Source of the DNA: a virus
IMG/VR virus record: IMGVR_UViG_3300042449_000993
Coordinates: 108,992 to 172,991 of that record
DNA: 64,000 bases
Reading direction: 5' to 3' (one strand)
Shown: one piece after another, positions 35,649-45,772 of the stretch
How positions within the stretch are numbered: position 1 is the stretch's first letter
How the letters are laid out: every line of letters starts with the position of its first letter
Position numbers and translations under genes: made by a program
The notes under the pieces: generated by a model
What the model was told of the DNA's origin: nothing
What the model saw: the letters and a program-made list of their open reading frames with translations, nothing else
The model's database searches: none

Positions 35649-36936
35649 CGTGAAAACAATGATTGAAGAACTTGTTGCTGCTGTTGGTACGCCGAAGTAT
35701 GCTTACAACTGCAAAGAATTCAATCCTGAAAAAGATACAATTTTTTATTCAGGTCCGTATTGGGATGAGAAAGAAATTATCGCTGGTGTCACTGCATTCT
35801 TGACAGGCAAGTGGCTTGTTTCTGGTGAGAACGTTGCCAAGTTTCAATGGGCATTCGGTCACAAGTTCAATGTCAAACACTGCCACATGGTCAACTCTGG
35901 TTCATCAGCCAATCTTACCATGGTTGCTGCTCTCAAGAAACGTCTTGGTTGGAAAGATGGTGATCAAGTTATCGTGTCACCAGTTGGCTTCCCAACTACA
36001 ATTGCTCCATTGGTTCAAAACGGATTGACTCCTGTATTCGTTGATATTGAAATGGATACACTTAATTTTAATCTTGATCATGTTGAGAAGTGGATTACTG
36101 ATAAGACTGTTGCTGTTTTCGTTTCGCCTGTCCTTGGCAATCCACCAGACATGGATCGCATTGCTCGACTCTGCGCAGAAAACGACATATATTTGATTGG
36201 TGATAACTGCGATTCACTTGGCACAAAGTGGAATGGTAGATTATTGACAGACTATTATTATTCATGGACCACTTCTTTTTATCCAGCGCATCACATGTCG
36301 ACTGGAGAGGGTGGAATGGTGTGCTCAAATGACGAAGAACTTATTAATACAGCGCGTTCAATTAGTTGGTGGGGTCGTGATTGCCGTTGCGTCGGTGCTG
36401 CTAATCTATTGGCTTGCGGGACATGCGGTAATCGCTTTGATAAATGGCTTGAAGGCTATAATGGGATAATTGATCACAAGTATCTCTTCTCAAATATGGG
36501 ATACAATCTCAAGCCACTTGATCTTCAAGGTGCAATTGGCATTGAGCAGTTGAAGAAGATTGATGACATTGACGTGAAGCGTCGTGCCAATTTTAGTCGC
36601 ATTAAGAATCTATTTGAAAAGTATGTTCCTGGTGTTCGTGTTGCTTCTGCTCTCGATAAAGCAGATCCTTCTTGGTTCGGTGTTCCATTAATTACAGATA
36701 CACCTGAACTCAAAGAAAAACTCCAGGCATACTGCGAAGCAAATAGAATTCAAACTCGTAACTACTTTGCTGGAAATATTCTATTGCATCCTGGTTACAA
36801 GCATCTTGATGATGCTTCGAAGTATTCGAATGCAAACAAGGCGTTGAGCAATGTATTTTTCGTCGGTTGCCCACCACATTATGGCGAAGAAGTTTTTGCT
36901 TATTATGAGAGTGTAATCTCAAAATGGCATTCGTAA
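35635..36936 (+). CDS. rfbH: CDP-4-keto-6-deoxyglucose 3-dehydratase-like (RfbH/DdhC, DegT family)
   Basis: NSGSSANL, DNCDSLG, SFYPAHHMSTGEGG (His in place of the PLP Lys), WGRDCRC...CGTC cysteine cluster, GYNLKP. Confidence 0.85.
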   Translation: MTGSDVKTMIEELVAAVGTPKYAYNCKEFNPEKDTIFYSGPYWDEKEIIAGVTAFLTGKWLVSGENVAKFQWAFGHKFNVKHCHMVNSGSSANLTMVAALKKRLGWKDGDQVIVSPVGFPTTIAPLVQNGLTPVFVDIEMDTLNFNLDHVEKWITDKTVAVFVSPVLGNPPDMDRIARLCAENDIYLIGDNCDSLGTKWNGRLLTDYYYSWTTSFYPAHHMSTGEGGMVCSNDEELINTARSISWWGRDCRCVGAANLLACGTCGNRFDKWLEGYNGIIDHKYLFSNMGYNLKPLDLQGAIGIEQLKKIDDIDVKRRANFSRIKNLFEKYVPGVRVASALDKADPSWFGVPLITDTPELKEKLQAYCEANRIQTRNYFAGNILLHPGYKHLDDASKYSNANKALSNVFFVGCPPHYGEEVFAYYESVISKWHS

Positions 36937-37808
36937 ATGTTTTCGGAGGATACGGATTTGTCGGAAGCGAGTATTGTAAAATCTCGAAGAATGGGCTCAT
37001 CATTAACTATCGAGACAATTACGAAGTACGCAGTGCGGAGTGTGTTTACTTTATTAGCACTGTTGACAATTATAATGTACACTTCGATAACCTATTGGAT
37101 ATTAATACTAACCTCGTTGTCTTGATGAAGGTTCTGGATAGTTATCGCAAATATATACAGAGAACTGGTGAGAAAGGTTGTTTTAATTTCATTAGTTCCT
37201 GGTTTGTGTATGGCAAAGATTCTGGATTCGGTGCAGGTTCTTGTGGAATCTCGGAGACTGAGTCTTGTGATCCAAAAGGATTTTATTCAATCACAAAGCG
37301 TTGCGCAGAACAATTGCTTATTTCTTATTGCGAAACGTTCAATCTAAACTATCGTATCTTGAGGTTGGCAAATGTTCTTGGAAAAGATGATAAAAAAGTT
37401 TCCTCAAAGAAGAATGCACTCCAGTATCTACTCGGAGAACTCAAAGCAAACCGCCCAGTCGACCTCTACGACTCTGGTTATTTTTATCGCGATTATATTG
37501 ACGTTAGGGATTGTGCTCGTGCTATCGACCTTTGTGTTCGATCTGGGCAACAAAATAGCATCTATAATATCGGCAACGGTAAGGGTGTAATCTTTAGAGA
37601 CATTGTTCGTTATGCTAGAGACGCAATGGACTCTGGATCTAAAATTAATACGATAGAACAGAAAGAGTTTCACAAGAAAGTTCAATCCTCTCGCTCTTTC
37701 TTTATGGATAATACGAAGTTAATGGCTCTCGGATATCGCCCTGCATATACGATCAATCAAACGATCGATGACATTATACACGACACATTAACTGATAAAA
37801 ATAACTAA
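36924..37808 (+). CDS. NAD-dependent epimerase/dehydratase
   Basis: GGYGFVG, FISSWFVYG, YSITK, RDYIDVRD, YNIGNG. Confidence 0.85.
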   Translation: MAFVNVFGGYGFVGSEYCKISKNGLIINYRDNYEVRSAECVYFISTVDNYNVHFDNLLDINTNLVVLMKVLDSYRKYIQRTGEKGCFNFISSWFVYGKDSGFGAGSCGISETESCDPKGFYSITKRCAEQLLISYCETFNLNYRILRLANVLGKDDKKVSSKKNALQYLLGELKANRPVDLYDSGYFYRDYIDVRDCARAIDLCVRSGQQNSIYNIGNGKGVIFRDIVRYARDAMDSGSKINTIEQKEFHKKVQSSRSFFMDNTKLMALGYRPAYTINQTIDDIIHDTLTDKNN

Positions 37809-37811
37809 ATA
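37805..37811 (+). promoter_or_regulatory. putative late promoter CTAAATA
   Basis: CTAAATA about 30 bp before the first gene of the internal-protein block; the same heptamer occurs at 10843, 13781, 60772 and 60782. Confidence 0.45.
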
Positions 37812-37839
37812 TACTATAATCCCACAGTGTGGAGAGAGT

Positions 37840-38991
37840 ATGTTTAGTTTTAAAGACTATATTCCATTATTAACAGAAGAAAAGAAACCTGCTCGCGGAA
37901 TCTTACATCTTCCGCACCCTTCTGAATCAGCATTCCACAATCGTCGTGGAGCAGTAGGATCAACTCTCTCTAAAATTCAAAATGTGATCAATGGAAAGGC
38001 TCCGTTGACTCGAAAGATCGACGATCGCATGTCATTCCAGGCTATTCGCGATGAGCAAGGTAGAATCGGAGTTAAGTATAAAGGTCAAGGTGCAACCTAT
38101 AACTTCTCTCCAGAAGATATTAAAAAGCAACACAGCGAAAAGCCATATATCGCTGGTCCACTTCTAAATCTCCATAAACATATTCATAAAATTCTTCCAG
38201 AAGGTCCAGGAGAATATCAAGGTGGATATTTAAGTTCTTTGAATGATCGCACTGAAGAGGATGGTAAGATTGGGCACAAACCAAATACTATTCGCTATTC
38301 TGTAGATAAAAACTCTACAGAAGGTAAAAAATTGGCTAAAGCCCCAATCAGCGTTGTCGTCCATTCTCGAATTGATGCAAGCGGAAAGGCATCTCCGCTA
38401 GAGGCTGGTGCACTAAAAGAACATCCAGATGTTCACGTGATGAGTCATGTTGTAAGTGATGAAGAAAGAAAAATTCCAGCTGCATCAAAGAGAAAAGCAC
38501 TCGAACATATTGCAGCTGCAAAGAAACTCGCAAAAGATCAATCAACGAATCATCACGAAGGTCATGAAGAAACCCTATTGCGTTATGCAAACTCAACAGT
38601 TGATACTGGCGAGAAGCCAAGCGCAAAAGGTTACACAAAGTTCTTACAACAATATCATCAAAAGAAAATTGACAAAGTTAAGACTGATAAAGCGAAGGCT
38701 CAGAAAACTGAGACTATGAGAGCTGCAATTAATCATGTAAATGACAATCTTGATAAGTTTGATAAGACCTTCGAAATTCACCATCACATTCATCAAGCAA
38801 CACAAGCAGTTGCAAATACTCTCTCAAAAACAGCACATGGTGGTTATTCTCATCACATTGATGGTCAAGAAGCTGCTGGTGAAGGTTTTGTTTCTGGAGG
38901 AATGAAGTTTGTTCCTCGAGCATTTACTGAAGCAAATCGTAAACGTTCAGCAGAATTTAAAGCAGCAAAAGAGCAAAAGAGCGTACTATGA
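37840..38991 (+). CDS. putative internal head protein, DUF6267-like (degenerate nucleotidyltransferase/ligase-like)
   Basis: CTS-like N-terminus MFSFKDYIPLLTE; HLPHPSE, TRKIDD, YQG, PNTIRY, GEGFV, KFVPR.F..AN. Confidence 0.55.
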   Translation: MFSFKDYIPLLTEEKKPARGILHLPHPSESAFHNRRGAVGSTLSKIQNVINGKAPLTRKIDDRMSFQAIRDEQGRIGVKYKGQGATYNFSPEDIKKQHSEKPYIAGPLLNLHKHIHKILPEGPGEYQGGYLSSLNDRTEEDGKIGHKPNTIRYSVDKNSTEGKKLAKAPISVVVHSRIDASGKASPLEAGALKEHPDVHVMSHVVSDEERKIPAASKRKALEHIAAAKKLAKDQSTNHHEGHEETLLRYANSTVDTGEKPSAKGYTKFLQQYHQKKIDKVKTDKAKAQKTETMRAAINHVNDNLDKFDKTFEIHHHIHQATQAVANTLSKTAHGGYSHHIDGQEAAGEGFVSGGMKFVPRAFTEANRKRSAEFKAAKEQKSVL

Positions 38992-41900
38992 GTAAGGCAA
39001 CATTTACATTTGGTAGATTTAATCCTCCAACTGAAGAAGGTCATGGCAAATTGGTCAGTGCTGTTATTGATCATGCTGAGAAAACTGGAGGAAAACACTA
39101 TGTGTTTCCATCGCACTCTCAAGATAAAAAGAAAAATCCATTGACTCATGGTGATAAAGTTCATGCGATGAATCGCTTGTTCCCAAATGCAAATGTTGTT
39201 GCTCATAATAAAGTTCGCACTGCAATTGATGCAATGAAGCATTTAGAGAAGCAAGGTCATAAAGAAGTTACCATGGTTGTTGGTTCTGATCGTGTTGATA
39301 ATTTCCACTCTCTACTCAATAAATATAGAACCAAAGAATATCCAGGAATCAAAAAAGTAAACGTAGTTTCAGCAGGCAATCGTGATCCAGATGCAGAAGG
39401 AGAAGAAGGCGAATCTGCTTCTAAACATCGAGCATTGGTAGCTGCTGGAAAAAGAGACGAATTTATTTCAAAATACAGCGATCCAAAATTGGGCGCACAT
39501 ATACATGATAAGGTAAAAGCAGGTATGCAAATGGAATCAGTTTCACCAGTTGGTATTTTCTTACTTGGCGGTCCAGGAAGTGGAAAAGATTATGTTTTGA
39601 AGAATATTTTTTCACGTTTTGACTTGATCGAAGTTCAAGCAGATCAAATTTTAAATGGTGCTGCTTCAGAATTACTCGAGCAAAACGTTAACATCGTAAT
39701 TAATGGTGTTTCTGATTCAAATAAGATTGCAGATATTCAAACTTTCCTTGAGGGATATACTTTTGATTTTGTTCATGTTTCTGTTACAAATAAAGTTTCA
39801 CGTATGCGCAATGAACAACGTGAACAACCACTCGTAGAAACAAAACGCATTGATAAATTCCTCAAAGCAGAAAAACTTGCTGAAGAAACTGGTGCATTCG
39901 TTTTCAACAATTCAATCAATCTCAATGAATCATCAGAGATGGAAAGAGTATTCTTCGGTTCACAAATCGAAAGACTCTTAGAGAGAGTGGTCAATTTGGG
40001 TCTCGAAATGAAAGCAAATCCAGAACCAAAAGCATTTACAGTGATCAAGGAAAAGTATTTCCCACCAGTAGCAAAGCACAAGTCAGGATTGCCAAAGAAG
40101 TATGTTGGTAAACTTTCAGACACAACCGCTGCTGCTCGTAAGGCTCATTGGAAAAAGATGGGCAAGTTATCAGATAGCGATCCAAGAGCGTATGAGCCAG
40201 CTCCTGGTGATGCAACATCAAAAACGAAACCAAGCAAACATACAATTGCTGTTCGTAAGATGATGGGTGAACAAATTGAAGGCGATCTGAAGAAGCCACA
40301 TACTGTTGAAAACATTGCGAAAAAGCACGACGTAACTGTTGATGTAATTAACAAAGCATTAGAGCATGGCATCAAAGTTGAGATGGAGCACACAAAAGAT
40401 AAAGAAACTGCTCAAACAATCGCATTAGCACATCTTTGGGAAAAACCAGATTACTATAAATTGTTAGCGAAAATGGAGCAGGTTCAACCACCTGTTGATC
40501 ATGTTGCTGCTGAAAAGAAAATGGAACGCGAAAGAAGAATTCGCGACACTCGAGTTTTAACTCATCAAAATCGCCACATCCATCAAGCAGCAATGGGTGA
40601 AGCCATTCGTCGTGTTCCACGCAGCGGAAATATTACGGCAGTAAATCAAAAAAGAGATTTAAACGATGCTGAAAGAGCAGCATTTGAAAAAGCCAAGAAT
40701 GCAATTGCAACATCAAAAGTTCAAGAAGAAGTAATTGATGAAGGCGCAGCAGATACTTCATTGGCAGCAAAAGCCAAAAAGTCTGGCATCTCACTTGGAA
40801 AACTTCGTAAAGTGTATAATCGTGGGGTGGCTGCTTGGAATTCTGGACATCGTCCAGGAACAACACCACAACAGTGGGGTCATGCTCGTGTAAATTCTTA
40901 CATCAATAAGGGTAAGACATATTATACAGCAGATAAAGATTTGCGTGAAGATACAGATATTAATGATCTATTTGAAATGCAACTAGTGGGCACGGACGAA
41001 TACCGAAAGCATGCTATTGCTATGACACCAGGACAAGGAGAAATTGAAGATGCTTTCCCAGTTAAGAGCCCAAATAAGAAACCTGTGGCAGTTCCTGCAA
41101 AGAAAGGCGAATCAATCGTCTCTCAATATACAGAGCACACAAATTGCGGAACGCCAGATTGCTGCGGAGAATGCTCTTCGAATGATGAGAATAGAGGAAC
41201 AAATGAATCAAGTGTTCCAAGATCTTTCAGAGCAATCAGAGAAGCGTCCAAGAAAGAAGAAATAGATCCAACGCCAACTTTGAATACAAAAAGAAAGAAA
41301 TCTACAAATAATCCACAAACATATAATTCAACTCTTGGTGGATTGATGGTTTCTCCAAAACATTCAATGTTCGAGGCTGACGCAGAAAAGAAGAAAGATT
41401 TCATGCCAACACCTCGTCAAGTACCACCACCTCCAGGCGGTCATCCAGTTCCAAAAGGATACAAAAGAGTTAGAGATAATATTGCTGGATGGAAATTGGT
41501 CAAAGAAGAAGGCGAACCAGAATTAACATTAGAAGAAGCAGTATCATATCACCTCGAAAATAAAATCTCTTTCACTGAGAATGTTTTCCGTCCAGGATCA
41601 GATATGTTCTTTGAAATGATTAGCGAAGCCAAGCGTCTTTATTCTGAAGGTAGATATGAACCGAAAGACGAATGGGAAAAAGATATGTTGGATTCAAACA
41701 TCGGCGAAATTGCTGAATTTGAAGGTCAACAAGTTGTTCTTGATTATCCTATCGAAGAAGGTCTTGAAGAATGCTGGTCTGGTTACACACAAAAAGGAAT
41801 GAAGAAAAAGGGTGATAAGATGGTCCCTAACTGTGTTCCTATGAATGAAGAAGATAAAACCAACGGTAAAGGTATCGGCAAGCCATGGCAAGAAGGTGGT

Positions 41901-42110
41901 GGTGGAGCCGTTTACGTTAAGGTTGGTGACAGCGTCCGCAAGATCAGTTTTAGCAAATCTGGAATGAAGAAAAGGTATATGGATCCAGCAGCTACAAGAT
42001 CATTTGTCGCTCGTCATCGTTGCTTAACAAATAAAGATAAGACCAGTGCATCCTACTGGGCATGTCGTTGGCCACGTTTCTTCAGTAATTCTGGAAAGAT
42101 ATGGTGGTAA
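38988..42110 (+). CDS. multi-module protein: cytidyltransferase-like domain, P-loop kinase-like domain and several small phage modules
   Basis: FGRFNPPTEEGH, KKNPL and VVGSDRV; GGPGSGKD; GIKVEMEHT...HL.E.PDYY; VYNRGVAAW..GHRPG; CWSGY..G.K...VPNCVP; RSFVARHRC...YWAC. Confidence 0.7.
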   Translation: MSKATFTFGRFNPPTEEGHGKLVSAVIDHAEKTGGKHYVFPSHSQDKKKNPLTHGDKVHAMNRLFPNANVVAHNKVRTAIDAMKHLEKQGHKEVTMVVGSDRVDNFHSLLNKYRTKEYPGIKKVNVVSAGNRDPDAEGEEGESASKHRALVAAGKRDEFISKYSDPKLGAHIHDKVKAGMQMESVSPVGIFLLGGPGSGKDYVLKNIFSRFDLIEVQADQILNGAASELLEQNVNIVINGVSDSNKIADIQTFLEGYTFDFVHVSVTNKVSRMRNEQREQPLVETKRIDKFLKAEKLAEETGAFVFNNSINLNESSEMERVFFGSQIERLLERVVNLGLEMKANPEPKAFTVIKEKYFPPVAKHKSGLPKKYVGKLSDTTAAARKAHWKKMGKLSDSDPRAYEPAPGDATSKTKPSKHTIAVRKMMGEQIEGDLKKPHTVENIAKKHDVTVDVINKALEHGIKVEMEHTKDKETAQTIALAHLWEKPDYYKLLAKMEQVQPPVDHVAAEKKMERERRIRDTRVLTHQNRHIHQAAMGEAIRRVPRSGNITAVNQKRDLNDAERAAFEKAKNAIATSKVQEEVIDEGAADTSLAAKAKKSGISLGKLRKVYNRGVAAWNSGHRPGTTPQQWGHARVNSYINKGKTYYTADKDLREDTDINDLFEMQLVGTDEYRKHAIAMTPGQGEIEDAFPVKSPNKKPVAVPAKKGESIVSQYTEHTNCGTPDCCGECSSNDENRGTNESSVPRSFRAIREASKKEEIDPTPTLNTKRKKSTNNPQTYNSTLGGLMVSPKHSMFEADAEKKKDFMPTPRQVPPPPGGHPVPKGYKRVRDNIAGWKLVKEEGEPELTLEEAVSYHLENKISFTENVFRPGSDMFFEMISEAKRLYSEGRYEPKDEWEKDMLDSNIGEIAEFEGQQVVLDYPIEEGLEECWSGYTQKGMKKKGDKMVPNCVPMNEEDKTNGKGIGKPWQEGGGGAVYVKVGDSVRKISFSKSGMKKRYMDPAATRSFVARHRCLTNKDKTSASYWACRWPRFFSNSGKIWW

Positions 42111-42395
42111 ATGGTTGATAAGCCATACATTGACGAAAAACTAAATACTTGGACGTTCTTGCGCACATTTAAGCATGACGTTTTAACTGAAGAATTAGTA
42201 TGGCATCGCGATGAAAGAGGCAGATATATTGAGGTTTTAGAAGGTATTGGTTGGGAAATACAATTTGATGATCGATTGCCAAGAAAATTAATTAAGGGTG
42301 ATCACTTTTTTATACCTGCCAAAACCTTTCACAGAATTAAACGTGGAACGACAGACTTAAAGTTAAAAATTGAGGAATTTGATGAAATATCATAA
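42111..42395 (+). CDS. cupin-like hypothetical protein
   Basis: ELVWHRD...GWEIQFD...FIPAKTFHRI. Confidence 0.65.
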   Translation: MVDKPYIDEKLNTWTFLRTFKHDVLTEELVWHRDERGRYIEVLEGIGWEIQFDDRLPRKLIKGDHFFIPAKTFHRIKRGTTDLKLKIEEFDEIS

Positions 42396-42876
42396 TCTAG
42401 TTGAACAAGCAGAGACGATGATCAATGAGCAAGCAGAACCTGCTCTTATTGATGCACTCACAAACGTTTTCGCAGATGCCTTTGTTTTTTACTTTAAGGC
42501 TCACTCTTTTCATTGGAATGTAATTGGAAAAGATTTTCCTCAATATCATAAGTTCTTCGGTAAAATCTATGAAGGTGTTTTCAGCAATATGGATAAACTC
42601 GCTGAGGAGATTCGCGCTTTAAATGCACCAGCTCCGATGAATCTTGCAACATTAATTGCAAATTCTAAGATTATGGAAAATAAAGATACATTAACTGCAA
42701 CAGAAATGGTTGCTGCTCTTACAGCAGATAATACAAAAATTCTTGCTGGTCTTTTAGCATGCGCAAAAATGGCAGAAGCCGCAGATGAAATTGGACTTAA
42801 CGACTTTCTCACTCAACTCTATGACGAGCACAAGAAATTGGCTTGGATGTTGTCATCAACTCTAAAGGTTCTATAA
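42382..42876 (+). CDS. dps: Dps/ferritin-like DNA protection protein
   Basis: KAHSFHWNVIG..F..YH..F..IYE...DKLAEEIRAL...HKKLAWML. Confidence 0.88.
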   Translation: MKYHNLVEQAETMINEQAEPALIDALTNVFADAFVFYFKAHSFHWNVIGKDFPQYHKFFGKIYEGVFSNMDKLAEEIRALNAPAPMNLATLIANSKIMENKDTLTATEMVAALTADNTKILAGLLACAKMAEAADEIGLNDFLTQLYDEHKKLAWMLSSTLKVL

Positions 42877-44709
42877 ATGTCAGAAGCAGCATGGAATAAA
42901 GCATTTACTCAGGGTTCTACCGAACTCAAAAATCGCTTAAAGAAAGTTCACGCAAATAATCCAAAGTTTCAATCTTGGTTAAAATCTAGTGGACATGGCG
43001 CTGGAGCCAGTGTAAAACAAGCATCAAAAGAAATCAAACCATCTGAAAGAGTGAAAGCACTTCAAACTAAAAGTTTGAAAGCATACGGTGCTACAAAGGG
43101 GTTGAAAGTTGGCGGTGAGCATGGTAGCGGAGAAATGAAAGATACAATCGCTCCATTGACTCGCGATCAACATTCTAAAGTTCAGGCTGCTGCGCGTGCT
43201 GCTAAAACCGCTGAGAAACCAGCCGCTGCACCAAAAAAACTATTAACAAAAGATCAAAGAATGTCTGCAATTGCTGCTGCTGTTCGTAAAGCGCAAACAA
43301 AACACGATGTTCCTACAATGGAACCAGATGATGAAGGTCATGATGATCTAAGAGATCTTCATCAGTCATTGCATATTCGTAAAGGATATAACGAAGAGGC
43401 ATCTCCAATGATCAAGCCACCTACAAATAGATTTGATAAAAAATCTGATGCCTTTGCTCACGCAGAGAAACATGGCGGTAAGGTATACAAACAAACATAT
43501 ACTGATTCTAAGGGTCAACAAACAGTATCATATTCTGTTAAAAAAGAAGAAGTTGAACTTGAAGAAGGTAGAATGAAAGATATCGTCACCGATCGTCAAG
43601 AAAAAGAAAGATTAAAGGCTCAAGATGTATTGGGCGGTCCAGTCAAAACAAGAACAGGAAATGAACCAAAAGGTACGCTTCCACTCGGATTTCGCCAAGC
43701 GCGCAATATTGCTCGCAAGGCAATGAAAGCAGGCAAAACAGTCACAGAATCTACCACAGAGGTAAACGAAATGTCATCACATGGTAAAAAACTCGCCAAA
43801 ATGATCATGGCAAAACAATCAAAGCATCCAATTGCTCAAATGATGGGCGAAGCTGGGGACGAACCAAGACATACAGCCGATGCTGGTGAGTATGATTACG
43901 AGGGTGACATGGCAAAGTCTCAATTGCGTAGCATTATGACCAACGCAAAGCGTTTGCACGATATGCTCGAAGATCAAACAAATCTTCCTGAGTGGGTTCA
44001 AAGCAAGATCACTCTTGCTGAAGACTATGTTCTCACTGCTGCCAACTATATGGAAGGCGAGATGAACGAAGGGTACGGTGGAAAATTTCCTAAACAATGG
44101 CAAAAAGAAATGGAAAAGATTCCATCCACATCAACCGTGGTGCATAAAGATAAAACAGTTGTCACCACTAAAAAAGATGGTAAAGTTGTTGACGTAAAGA
44201 CAACTAAAAACGAAGAAGTCGAGCAAGTAGATGAGAAAATCAATCTCGTCAAAGCCAAGATGGGCGATGTAATCAAGGACTTCCAGAAGTCTGATGCTCC
44301 ACAATTTAAAGGTAAGAGCATGGAAAAGCGTCGTGAGATGGCAATTGCTGCTAAACTCGGCGCAGAACGCGAAGTTAAGGAAGAAGTCGAGCAGATTGAA
44401 GAGAAGTATATGGGCTTCAAGGCTGTAATGGCTGCTGCAAAGAAAGGCGGTGCTCGTAATCCTGCTGCTGTTGCTGCATCAATCGGTCGTGAGAAGTATG
44501 GTAAAGAAAAGTTCCAATCCATGGCTGCTAAAGGTAAGAGAGCCGCAAACGAAGAAACAGAAATTGTTGCTGAAGCAGAAGGTTCTGTTCCAGAAACTCC
44601 AAAAGAAAAGGAACTCGCCAAACATCACGGCGATCCAAAGAGAATCACATACGGTGATGTAATCAAGGCTCGCTTAAAGTCAGCCGCTGCAAAGAAGATG
44701 GGTAAATAA
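42877..44709 (+). CDS. Lys/Glu-rich modular protein, putative internal head polyprotein
   Basis: Basic modules separated by EEVE(Q/L)xxE linkers; EYDYEGDMAKSQL...LPEWVQSKITLAEDY module. Confidence 0.6.
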   Translation: MSEAAWNKAFTQGSTELKNRLKKVHANNPKFQSWLKSSGHGAGASVKQASKEIKPSERVKALQTKSLKAYGATKGLKVGGEHGSGEMKDTIAPLTRDQHSKVQAAARAAKTAEKPAAAPKKLLTKDQRMSAIAAAVRKAQTKHDVPTMEPDDEGHDDLRDLHQSLHIRKGYNEEASPMIKPPTNRFDKKSDAFAHAEKHGGKVYKQTYTDSKGQQTVSYSVKKEEVELEEGRMKDIVTDRQEKERLKAQDVLGGPVKTRTGNEPKGTLPLGFRQARNIARKAMKAGKTVTESTTEVNEMSSHGKKLAKMIMAKQSKHPIAQMMGEAGDEPRHTADAGEYDYEGDMAKSQLRSIMTNAKRLHDMLEDQTNLPEWVQSKITLAEDYVLTAANYMEGEMNEGYGGKFPKQWQKEMEKIPSTSTVVHKDKTVVTTKKDGKVVDVKTTKNEEVEQVDEKINLVKAKMGDVIKDFQKSDAPQFKGKSMEKRREMAIAAKLGAEREVKEEVEQIEEKYMGFKAVMAAAKKGGARNPAAVAASIGREKYGKEKFQSMAAKGKRAANEETEIVAEAEGSVPETPKEKELAKHHGDPKRITYGDVIKARLKSAAAKKMGK

Positions 44710-45256
44710 CATGAAGTATCAAGTACAAATCTCATATACAAATCCTTCACACGAGCACGTAACATTACGTCGTCGCGTTGAAAGCGTAACTCGTCTTGTT
44801 GAGGCATCAAACGAAAACGAAGCCCTCAATCGCGCAGCAAATCAACAGCGTGCTCTTGGGTTCATGATCAAAGAAGCAAAGGTGTTACAAAAACATGCAC
44901 AAGTTTCTCTTGATCCAGAAAAAGAAACCAAGAAAAAGAAAATTGTTGGCAACGACAATGAAACCACAGACGTTGGTGCTGCTGGTGTGAAAGAAGAGAA
45001 AGGTGGAACTGAATCATATCCACTTCTTAAGAAAGGTGAGAAACTCAAGCCAATGAAGTTGAAGATGGAAGAGGGTTTTGATACCGATCCAAAAGATATC
45101 GCTGCATACTTGGTCGATCGTCATGGCAAGGGTAAGGTTACAATGGATCACATTGAAGCCTACGAAAGACGTCGCGATTCACACAGACCAATCGAAAAGC
45201 ATGAAGTCATGAAGTTTGTCAAGAAGATGAGCGAAGAAGTCGAGCAGATTGATGAA
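44212..45256 (+). repeat. dispersed 24-bp repeat encoding EEVEQ(I/V)(D/E)E
   Basis: GAAGAAGTCGAGCAR.. copies at 44212-44235, 44380-44403 and 45233-45256. Confidence 0.65.
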
Positions 45257-45772
45257 CTCAAAAAATCAACACTGGCTTCTTATGTTAACAAAGCAGCAAA
45301 TCAAGTGCGCGCAAAGTCGGGAATTGCTGCCAGTTTTGAAACACAAGGCGCAAGAAAAAGAAATCCTGAAAATAAATCAGCATATATGGATGTAGCAAAA
45401 GATTTTAGACAAGGTGCTAAAAAACGTCTTACTGGTATTGAAAAAGCAACTGCTAAACTAGCCAAAGAAGAAATCGAACTCGATGAAGCCAAAGACGTAA
45501 CCAAAGATCTTCGCACTTCAATGAAGGCAATGGATCTTCGCCATGGCGTTGATGCGGATAAGCGCGTTGCTGGTTACAAAATGTCACCAGCTGTTCGTGC
45601 TGCTCAAAAAAAATCTGATGAACTTTCAAAGGTAGAGAAGAAACCACAGGCTGGAACACTCGCTGCTCAGAAGTCTCGTAAGGCTGCAGAGAAAATGGTA
45701 AATAAGGCAAAGACCGTCGCAAATAAAATTAATGTGGCTCCAGCACTTGAAATGGGTAAACCAAATGCTTAA
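44711..45772 (+). CDS. Lys/Glu-rich modular protein, putative internal head protein
   Basis: MSEEVEQIDELKKSTLASYV.KA and AKEEIELDEAK linkers. Confidence 0.6.
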   Translation: MKYQVQISYTNPSHEHVTLRRRVESVTRLVEASNENEALNRAANQQRALGFMIKEAKVLQKHAQVSLDPEKETKKKKIVGNDNETTDVGAAGVKEEKGGTESYPLLKKGEKLKPMKLKMEEGFDTDPKDIAAYLVDRHGKGKVTMDHIEAYERRRDSHRPIEKHEVMKFVKKMSEEVEQIDELKKSTLASYVNKAANQVRAKSGIAASFETQGARKRNPENKSAYMDVAKDFRQGAKKRLTGIEKATAKLAKEEIELDEAKDVTKDLRTSMKAMDLRHGVDADKRVAGYKMSPAVRAAQKKSDELSKVEKKPQAGTLAAQKSRKAAEKMVNKAKTVANKINVAPALEMGKPNA

